Shown in pieces: positions 1 through 5,987 of a stretch of DNA of 6,179 bases (the first letter of the stretch is position 1; every line of letters begins with the position of its first letter). The translations under genes were made by a program, and so were the position numbers. The notes under the pieces were generated by a model. That model had not been told where the DNA came from. It saw nothing but the letters and a program-made list of their open reading frames with translations, and made no database searches. The DNA comes from Promethearchaeota archaeon (lineage in GTDB: Archaea; Asgardarchaeota; Odinarchaeia; Odinarchaeales; JBHLKK01). Location of the stretch: contig JBHLPL010000112.1 in NCBI GenBank assembly GCA_048939465.1, positions 1 through 6,179 on the forward strand, written 5' to 3'.

Positions 1-69
1 GATCCAGATGAGTTAAAGCGAAATCTAATGAAGATGGCAAATCGCTTGCAGAAATTTATAACGCTTTAG
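1..69 (+). CDS. 3' end of an unidentified gene, cut by the window start (DPDELKRNLMKMANRLQKFITL*)
   Basis: Frame 1 is open from base 1 to TAG at 67-69 and reads as a plausible amphipathic C-terminal helix. It is followed by a pyrimidine tract (70-84) and a TATA-like box. Too short to assign a family. Confidence 0.4.
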   Translation, partial: DPDELKRNLMKMANRLQKFITL

Positions 70-84
70 CCCCCCTCTTATTCT

Positions 85-99
85 GCAAAGCTTTTATAA
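85..99 (+). promoter_or_regulatory. Putative archaeal promoter (BRE/TATA) for the B3/B4-proS operon
   Basis: GCAAAGC followed by TTTTATAA (92-99), about 48 nt upstream of ATG 147. GGAG RBS at 139-142. Confidence 0.5.
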
Positions 100-146
100 T
101 CCGTTATCAATTACGGTTTGCGTACGCAGTCACTTCGTGGAGAGAA

Positions 147-848
147 ATGTATATGCGTCTACTGGCTCGAGAGCTACCTGAAAAGTACAAAGGCGTCTTA
201 GCTGCTGCAGCAGTTCTTAGGGGGGCGATCGGAATTGAAAAGACCTATTCCCAGGTTTACGATTCCATATCGGCAGAAATTAAGGAAAAGATAAGAAGCA
301 AATATCCAGCTTATGAAGAGATATCCAAAAATCAGATAATCCAGCAATACAGAGATTTCTTTGTAGACAAGCTTGGTTTACCTTCTGGAGTCTCCCCTAC
401 GAGTGAAACCTATGCTAGGAAGGTTGTAGCGAACGAAGAACTGGCCACCATCAATCCCGTTGTGGATATTGGCAATCTTGTTGGTGCTTTTACAGGATTT
501 CCGATAAGCGTATATGACGCAGATGCAATCGGAGACACTCTTTATATAAGGCCTGCAGAGGCGGGAGAAGAGTTCTTAGGAATAGGGGGGAGAGAACCAC
601 GCATCCTAGAAGGCGATGAGCTGGTCTTATCGAGCGACCAAAACATCGTATGTCTATACCCCTATGCAGATGGCGAAAATGTAAAAATTACCGCTGAAGC
701 CAAGAATCTACTTGTTATGGTAAGCGGAATCCCGGGTGTGTTCGGACTATCACTCTTATGGGCGTTGAAAATCTGCGTCAAGTATCTCAGCAACCTAACT
801 GGAGGAACGCCTGAACTAGTATTACAGGAGGGATACGATGAGCAATAA
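147..848 (+). CDS. Standalone B3/B4 domain protein (PheRS beta-subunit editing-domain homologue; putative trans-acting aminoacyl-tRNA deacylase), 233 aa
   Basis: Family-like motifs YRDFF..LG, INPVVDIGN, PISVYDADAI..L.IR.A..GEEFLGIG, E.VL...IV..YPY, and SGIPGV. No other PheRS-beta domains are present. The stop codon (846-848) overlaps the proS start by 11 nt. Confidence 0.87.
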   Translation: MYMRLLARELPEKYKGVLAAAAVLRGAIGIEKTYSQVYDSISAEIKEKIRSKYPAYEEISKNQIIQQYRDFFVDKLGLPSGVSPTSETYARKVVANEELATINPVVDIGNLVGAFTGFPISVYDADAIGDTLYIRPAEAGEEFLGIGGREPRILEGDELVLSSDQNIVCLYPYADGENVKITAEAKNLLVMVSGIPGVFGLSLLWALKICVKYLSNLTGGTPELVLQEGYDEQ

Positions 849-2313
849 AGGAGATCTTGAAAAGCCAAAGATGCTTCCAAGAAAGGAGGATTTTGCTGAG
901 TGGTACAATGAGGTTTTGTCCCTCGCTTCCATAATTGATTATTCATATCCTGTTAAGGGCATGGGAGTCTGGATTGATTATGGCTGGAAACTACGGAACA
1001 ACATCATGAACGTTATACGTCATTTGCTTGACGAAACAGGGCATAGAGAATTCTACTTCCCCTTTCTAATTCCTGAAAATATATTCGACAAGGAAAGCGA
1101 ACTGGCCAGCGGTTTTGAGGAGGAAGTGTACTGGGTAACCAAAGGCGGCACAAAACCTTTGAGCGTCAAACTGGCAATTAGGCCAACAAGTGAGACTTCA
1201 ATGTATCACATGTTTTCCAAGTGGATAAGGAGCTATACCGACCTTCCCCTAAAGGCATGGCAGCTTGTCTCAATTTTCAGATACGAAACAAGAGCCACAA
1301 AACCCTTAATAAGAGTACGCGAAGTGACTTCCTTTAAGGAAGCTCATACTGCTCATGCAACAGCAGAGGAAGCTGAACAGCAAGTAAAGGAAGCTGTTGA
1401 CATCTACAGAAGATTCTTTGACGCATTATGCATCCCTTATGTGATTTCCAAAAGACCTGATTATGACAAGTTTCCGGGCGCGGTATATACCATCGCATTT
1501 GAGACAGTCTTCCCAGATGGTCGAACTCTCCAAATCGGTTCAGTTCATTTTCATGCGGAGAATTTCGCCAGAGCATTTGACGTGAAGTACATTGATCAGG
1601 ATGGTAAAATGAACTACTCAAATACGACCTGCTACGGAATTTCAGAACGAGTTATTGCCAGCGAGATTGCAGTTCATGGAGATGATCATGGATTAGTACT
1701 CCCGCCAGACGTTGCACCGAAGCAGATCGTGATAGTACCTATACTCTTTGAATCTGATCCCAAAGTTGTTGAATACGCCCAAGGGATTTATGAAAAAGTC
1801 AAAGAGTCCTATACTGCAGAACTTGACACTCGAAACTTGAGGCCTGGAAGGAAGTTCTACGATTGGGAATTAAAAGGGGTCCCAGTTAGGCTCGAGATTG
1901 GTCCTGGAGAGGTGGGGGGCAGGTCTGTTACGGTATTTAGGCGAGATACTCTCAAGAAAGAAAAGGTGCCTTTGGACGATTTTGGCGAATATATAGACAC
2001 TTTGATGGACACCATTACTCGTGATATGTATGAAAGAGCGTGGAAAACCTTCAACTCCAAGAAACACGACGTATCCGCCTTCTTCTCGTTTGAAGATGAG
2101 TCAGACGCTGTATCGTCGTTGATTGACGCAGAATCGGGAGATTTCTTTGGAAGTGTCGCCAATGTTCCGATTTGTGGAGACATTAAGTGCGAACTGAAAA
2201 TCAAAGAGTACATAGATATTCTGGGCAGTCCTGTGGAAGACATTCCACCAAAAGGAAGCTGCATCTGTGGGAAAAAGGCTGAGAGAGTGATTAGAGTATC
2301 AAGGCAGTATTAG
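838..2313 (+). CDS. proS: Proline--tRNA ligase, archaeal/eukaryotic type (no INS editing domain), 491 aa
   Basis: F.EWYNEV, YPVKG, LAIRPTSET, motif 2 FRYETRATKPLIRVRE..FKEAH, motif 3 CYGISER, HGDD.GLVLPP..AP.Q, anticodon-binding domain RPG.KFYDWELKGVP.RLEIGP, C-terminal Cys cluster and terminal Tyr. GGAGG RBS at 827-831. Confidence 0.98.
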   Translation: MSNKGDLEKPKMLPRKEDFAEWYNEVLSLASIIDYSYPVKGMGVWIDYGWKLRNNIMNVIRHLLDETGHREFYFPFLIPENIFDKESELASGFEEEVYWVTKGGTKPLSVKLAIRPTSETSMYHMFSKWIRSYTDLPLKAWQLVSIFRYETRATKPLIRVREVTSFKEAHTAHATAEEAEQQVKEAVDIYRRFFDALCIPYVISKRPDYDKFPGAVYTIAFETVFPDGRTLQIGSVHFHAENFARAFDVKYIDQDGKMNYSNTTCYGISERVIASEIAVHGDDHGLVLPPDVAPKQIVIVPILFESDPKVVEYAQGIYEKVKESYTAELDTRNLRPGRKFYDWELKGVPVRLEIGPGEVGGRSVTVFRRDTLKKEKVPLDDFGEYIDTLMDTITRDMYERAWKTFNSKKHDVSAFFSFEDESDAVSSLIDAESGDFFGSVANVPICGDIKCELKIKEYIDILGSPVEDIPPKGSCICGKKAERVIRVSRQY

Positions 2314-2445
2314 ACATCGGGTCCAGACCAACCTAAAGGAAATCGCCGTTCTTCTTTTGAGAGCAAGACAGCGTGCGAAGAATTACTTGTTGAAAGATAC
2401 CTAATACCTGACCGCTCACACGATTGAGGTGTTCTGAGGAATTCT

Positions 2446-2461
2446 GAAAAGACTTATTAAG
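2446..2461 (+). promoter_or_regulatory. Putative BRE/TATA promoter of psmA
   Basis: GAAAAG (2446-2451) followed by TTATTAAG (2454-2461) in the 203-nt proS-psmA gap. This implies a transcription start near 2483-2487. Confidence 0.5.
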
Positions 2462-2516
2462 AGGAATGTGATACTGGAACGATGAATACTCACCTACTCT
2501 TGGATGGTGTATTCTT

Positions 2517-3233
2517 GTGTTCGAGAAGGATACCATGGGCTATGACCGTGCAATAACAGTATTCAATCCTGAAGGCAGATTATTCCAAGTTGAATACGCT
2601 ATCGAAGCTGTTAAACACGGTACTCCTGCTGTCGGGATTAAGGCCAAAGATGGCGTCGTCATAGTCGTGCAGAAAAAAAGTGCAACTAATCTTATGGATC
2701 CTGTCAGCGCAAAAAAGCTATTCATCGTAGACGATCATATCATTACCGCTTTATCGGGACTTCATGCAGACGGGCGTATACTTCTAGAGCATGCTCAGGT
2801 TCAGGCACAAATTGAAAAGCTAACCTACGCTGACCCCATATTGATTGAGACTCTGACAAAGAAGATCAGCGATACAAAGCAACTATACACTCAGAGAAGC
2901 GGCATTCGTCCTTTCGGCGTGGCATTGCTTATTGCAGGTGTTGATGCAAAGGGTCCGCAGCTTTATACGACAGACCCGAGCGGTACGTATTATGGCTGGC
3001 AAGCAACCTCGATCGGAAGTGACGCGGCCATTAAGCCATACCTTACAAAAAGATATAAGCCAGGCATGAATCTTGACTCTGCTGTTCTCTTGGGCGTTAA
3101 ATCAATAGCTAAGGCTGTTGAGACTATCTCTTCGGATATGATCCAAATAGGCACAGTCGATGCAAGAACCCAGAAGGCTCACATACTCTCGAATGAAGAG
3201 ACAGATAAATACCTTGTTGAAAAAAAAGAATGA
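2517..3233 (+). CDS. psmA: 20S proteasome alpha subunit, 238 aa (GTG start; ATG 2535 is an alternative)
   Basis: Signature GYDRAITVFNPEGRLFQVEYA, plus YTQRSGIRPFGVALLIAG and TDPSGTY. GGTG RBS at 2506-2509 lies 7 nt before GTG 2517. Archaeal alpha subunits usually have about 5-8 residues before YDR, which supports the GTG start. Confidence 0.97.
   Translation: MFEKDTMGYDRAITVFNPEGRLFQVEYAIEAVKHGTPAVGIKAKDGVVIVVQKKSATNLMDPVSAKKLFIVDDHIITALSGLHADGRILLEHAQVQAQIEKLTYADPILIETLTKKISDTKQLYTQRSGIRPFGVALLIAGVDAKGPQLYTTDPSGTYYGWQATSIGSDAAIKPYLTKRYKPGMNLDSAVLLGVKSIAKAVETISSDMIQIGTVDARTQKAHILSNEETDKYLVEKKE
3218..3230 (-). terminator. Putative oligo-T terminator of the NYN gene, embedded in the last codons of psmA
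   Basis: A8 at 3220-3227 reads TTCTTTTTTTTC on the minus strand, 14 nt after the NYN stop. Archaeal intrinsic terminators are U-rich tracts. Confidence 0.45.
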
Positions 3234-3241
3234 GATGAAAC

Positions 3242-3769
3242 TTACGTCTCCAATTTGAAGACATAATCCGCAGCATTTTGAAGCGCAATGCTGAACCCCG
3301 GATCAAATCCTATTACTGCGGTCTCTACGTTTTTCTCCTTGGACTTGCGTAACAGGGGAACACAACGAGCATGACGACTTGCTATCATAATGAGTTTGAT
3401 GTCTGAGTCTAACAGATAGTTCATTACATCAATTGCCATTTGAGCATGAACATCAACTGTACTGACCACGGGCTCAAATCCGCTGTTTGAAATCGCTTCG
3501 AAAAGCTTCTCTGGGGCATAGCGATCTAAATAGACTTTTGCGACCTGTACTCTCCCCAGCTCCTTTCCCGCATCCTTTATGTCTTCCAGTCGAATATTGA
3601 ACTCCTTTCTCAGGATATTTGGCCCGTCCACAAGTATTGCTATCTTCTTCTTAAGAAAAGGTAGGACACGCCTTACCATTTCCCATTTTCTCTTCTCCGG
3701 CTTCTTCGCTTTTCCTTTTCCCTTCTTTTTCTCTTTCTTCTCTTTGCTGTCTTCGTTCTCCGATACCAT
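3242..3769 (-). CDS. NYN/LabA-DUF88 (PIN-like fold) protein of the archaeal TIGR00288 type, with a Lys-rich N-terminal extension and a degenerate active site, about 175 aa
   Basis: KIAILVDGPNILRKEF, KVYLDRYA.EKL.EAI.N.GFEP, and VIG..PGFS.ALQNAADYV match the family as I recall it. I prefer ATG 3769 over GTG 3781 because AGGTG lies 9 nt upstream of it. Confidence 0.9.
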   Translation of the reverse strand: MVSENEDSKEKKEKKKGKGKAKKPEKRKWEMVRRVLPFLKKKIAILVDGPNILRKEFNIRLEDIKDAGKELGRVQVAKVYLDRYAPEKLFEAISNSGFEPVVSTVDVHAQMAIDVMNYLLDSDIKLIMIASRHARCVPLLRKSKEKNVETAVIGFDPGFSIALQNAADYVFKLET

Positions 3770-3805
3770 CAGGGAAAGCACCTGGCGAAATAAGACTCTT
3801 CCTGA

Positions 3806-3829
3806 TTTATAAACTAAACGATACTAAAC
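3806..3829. promoter_or_regulatory. Palindromic TATA box (TTTATAAA) between divergent genes, followed by a tandem ACTAAAC repeat
   Basis: TTTATAAA at 3806-3813 reads the same on both strands. ACTAAAC occurs at 3813-3819 and 3823-3829, 10 bp apart. Confidence 0.5.
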
Positions 3830-3882
3830 AGTTTCTATCTAATGATTTTCTGGTGATGAACAACAGTTCCGGAGGCTGCGTT

Positions 3883-4692
3883 GTGACAAATAGAGAATTC
3901 AGGTCATTTGCTCCTTTCATTCTAATCGCTCTCATATTCCTCTTTGGATTTCTTATAATAGGAAGTCCGTTTGAGTCTCTATTTTACCCTATGATATTTG
4001 TTGCGACGCTGACTTTCCAGGTAATCACAAACATATCCTTCAAATCTCTGGGACTGGATTTTCCGTCAGGCTGGAAGAAATCAACTCTGGCGTATTATAG
4101 CCTGGCTCTTCTATCAGTCTCGTTTCACGTAGCTGCGGGCATTGTGATTGGTGGCCTTCTCATCTCAGGCCTGACCGTACTGACTCCTGAAGTAATCGGA
4201 TTCATACTGATGGCACAGTTTGTCCAATTCGGCGTAGGATTCTTTGAGGAGTATTTATTCAGGGGCTATATACTTGCTGCTACAGAGCTTTACGGAAGAA
4301 GGGCCAGTCTTTCCATCTCTTCAATTTCCTTTTCTTTGCTGCATGTATTTGCAATTATTCCTTACGCTTACCCTGTGGAATCCATAATAATCTTCATTTT
4401 TAACATGTTTCTGGGCGGATGGACACTTGCCTTAATCCGTCAGAAGACCAGCTCTCTTATTCCTCCGATAGCCTTCCATGCTTCTTGGAACTTTTTTGGC
4501 TACCATCTATACGGCCTCACAGGATCTGAGATAACCTTCTTTAACGCAACTTATCTTATGCCAGATATACTGGTTAAGTTTGAGTTCAGTCTTATTACAA
4601 CCATTATATTCGCTGCATTGATTTTTGCGCTCAGCTTTGCTGGGGCACGAGATCAAGACTCTAATCAAAACGATCGTAAGATCGCCATCTGA
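3883..4692 (+). CDS. CPBP-family (CAAX protease-like/Abi) intramembrane glutamic endopeptidase, about 269 aa
   Basis: Multiple hydrophobic helices and the three family motifs EExxxR (FFEEYLFRGY), FxxxH (FSLLH) and HxxxN (HASWN). GGAGG at 3871-3875 sits 7 nt before GTG 3883; the ORF track starts at 3853. Confidence 0.93.
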   Translation: MTNREFRSFAPFILIALIFLFGFLIIGSPFESLFYPMIFVATLTFQVITNISFKSLGLDFPSGWKKSTLAYYSLALLSVSFHVAAGIVIGGLLISGLTVLTPEVIGFILMAQFVQFGVGFFEEYLFRGYILAATELYGRRASLSISSISFSLLHVFAIIPYAYPVESIIIFIFNMFLGGWTLALIRQKTSSLIPPIAFHASWNFFGYHLYGLTGSEITFFNATYLMPDILVKFEFSLITTIIFAALIFALSFAGARDQDSNQNDRKIAI

Positions 4693-4774
4693 CTGCATTA
4701 TCAAGTGTCGAGTTTCTGGCTCCACGAGTCTCAAGCGTCTCCAGACAAAGTGTGCGTGACTAATAATGGAAACA

Positions 4775-4793
4775 TTTATATAACAGTGTTATA
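4775..4793 (+). promoter_or_regulatory. TATA box overlapped by a perfect 7-1-7 inverted repeat (putative repressor operator)
   Basis: TTTATATA at 4775-4782, preceded by GGAAAC. TATAACA-G-TGTTATA at 4779-4793 is a perfect inverted repeat. Confidence 0.6.
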
Positions 4794-4854
4794 ATCTTGA
4801 TCAGAAGATAAGAAGTAAAATCTAGGGTAAAGCATGAGAAAAAGATGAGGTAAT

Positions 4855-5019
4855 ATGCACAAACATTCGGATGTAGTAAAGCAGGAATACAAGAAAGGTC
4901 AGATTTGGGAGTGCCAAGGCGGGTGTAAGAAAAGAATCCAGATCGTGGAACCCTGTAAGGGCGCTTGCGGATTCCTATTCTGCTGTGACGAGCCCATGAA
5001 GCTAGTCAAGGACGCTTAA
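4855..5019 (+). CDS. Desulforedoxin-like six-cysteine miniprotein, 54 aa (not in the ORF track)
   Basis: Manual translation: MHKHSDVVKQEYKKGQIWECQGGCKKRIQIVEPCKGACGFLFCCDEPMKLVKDA*. It resembles the desulforedoxin / desulfoferrodoxin N-terminal pattern G-x-x-[YW]-x-C...C...L-x-CC-x-E-P-M. GAGGT RBS at 4847-4851, with its own TATA box upstream. Confidence 0.8.
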   Translation: MHKHSDVVKQEYKKGQIWECQGGCKKRIQIVEPCKGACGFLFCCDEPMKLVKDA

Positions 5020-5039
5020 AAATACCTGCTTGGGCTATC

Positions 5040-5057
5040 CCCTTCCATTTTTTATAG
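5040..5057 (+). terminator. Pyrimidine/T6 tract after the miniprotein; may also serve as the TATA box (TTTTATAG) of the next gene
   Basis: CCCTTCCATTTTTTATAG lies 20-38 nt after TAA 5019. Confidence 0.35.
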
Positions 5058-5193
5058 AAGCTCGGGAGTTCAGTCTAGTGATTCTGCATGGTGTTTGAAA
5101 TCAGTGTGAATCAGAACCCTGGATTTGGCGTGGACTATTTCCTGCGTCGATAATCAATTCCCATACTCACCAGGAATATGGCAGGGTGGTTTT

Positions 5194-5987
5194 ATGGCTA
5201 GTGTAGAAGAACACCTTTCTAATAGAAAGGCGATCAGAGAGAGTAAGATAACCGAAGCTCTTCGAATAATTGATGCAGCAAGAGAGAATGGTGTGGTATT
5301 GCGGTTAATAGGTGGCCTGGCTGCTCGGAACCATTGTAAGATAATTAATTTCTGTGAGAGGGATTACTCAGACATAGATATGGTGGGTTTGAGCAGACAT
5401 GTTAAGAAGATCGCCGAATTGTTCAAGAAGCACGGATATAAAGAAAACAAAGATGTTATGATTGCAACGGCCGGTCACAGAATGCAGTTTTATAAGGGGA
5501 GCCCTGAAAACCATGTGGACATTTTTATAGATACTTTCGAAATGGAACACGACGTTGAGCTGAAGAATAGACTCACAATTGAGGATTATACGATAACATT
5601 GGCCGATCTGCTGCTCACCAAACTCCAAATATATAAAATAAATGAGAAAGATGTTCGGGACATACTTAGCACCGTAAAAGATAATTCAATAGGAGACGAG
5701 GACAAGCCCGGCATCATTAATGTCAAATACATTGCTAGAATCTGTGCGAAAAATTGGGGTCTGTACCACGATATGCTGGAAAACATCGAAAAGTGTCTTG
5801 GACTTATGCAGTATTATGATCTAACTCCCGATGAGGTCAGAATAATAACGGAAAGAATGAACATGTTGAGGGAAGCCATTGAGGATGAGCCCAAATCCCT
5901 GAAGTGGAAGCTGAGGGCCAGAATTGGTGAAAGAAAAGCTTGGAGAAAGGCGGTAGAAGATGAAACAAGAGATCTCAAGGAAAGATC
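5194..5987 (+). CDS. Uncharacterised nucleotidyltransferase-fold protein (DNA pol-beta superfamily), about 264 aa, 3' end clipped at a chimeric junction
   Basis: LIGGLA...RDYSDIDMV (GG...DxD), third acidic residue in HVDIF, then ADLLLTKLQI..INEKD..D, WGLY and PKSLKWKLRARIGER, as in a widespread uncharacterised archaeal/bacterial family. GGGTGG RBS at 5184-5189 before ATG 5194. No in-frame stop occurs before the foreign DNA. Confidence 0.8.
5984..5987. other. Probable chimeric junction at a GATC (Sau3AI/MboI) site
   Basis: PepP similarity on the minus strand ends at the codon next to this GATC, and the nucleotidyltransferase similarity ends just before it. The window also starts with GATC. 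Confidence 0.65.

Noticed and set aside
98-119. Imperfect inverted repeat (CCGT...ACGG) downstream of the first TATA box
   Set aside because: Only a 4-bp perfect core with mismatches on both sides, too weak to call an operator.
2311-2313. Pyrrolysine or other readthrough of the proS TAG stop
   Set aside because: The stop follows the conserved terminal Tyr of archaeal/eukaryotic ProRS, so this is the normal end.
2314-2516. Possible C/D-box sRNA or tRNA in the proS-psmA gap (TTCTGA twice at 2432-2447)
   Set aside because: No proper box C (RUGAUGA), no terminal stem and no cloverleaf. The gap is adequately explained by a terminator, promoter and leader.
2482-2556. 24-codon upstream ORF overlapping the psmA start in another frame
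   Set aside because: No RBS or recognisable sequence, and ORFs of this length are expected by chance.
662-2725. Minus-strand ORFs 662-946, 1334-1621, 1857-2264, 1870-2067, 2333-2536 and 2540-2725
   Set aside because: They lie antisense to well-supported genes or across a promoter region and show no recognisable motifs.
3690-3760. CT-rich quasi-repeats resembling a microsatellite or repeat array
   Set aside because: Explained by Lys/Glu codons on the minus strand. There is no constant repeat unit or spacer, so it is not CRISPR.
3124-3812. ORFs 3124-3306 (-) and 3579-3812 (+)
   Set aside because: They overlap psmA and NYN. The Phe/Ser-rich text of 3579-3812 is just the antisense of the Lys-rich tail.
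4507-5786. Minus-strand ORFs 4507-4734, 5368-5628 and 5586-5786
   Set aside because: Antisense shadows of the CPBP and nucleotidyltransferase genes, with no motifs or RBS.
5814-5987. C-terminal half of the 118-aa minus-strand ORF
   Set aside because: PepP similarity stops at SASIT. The rest is the antisense of the nucleotidyltransferase gene.
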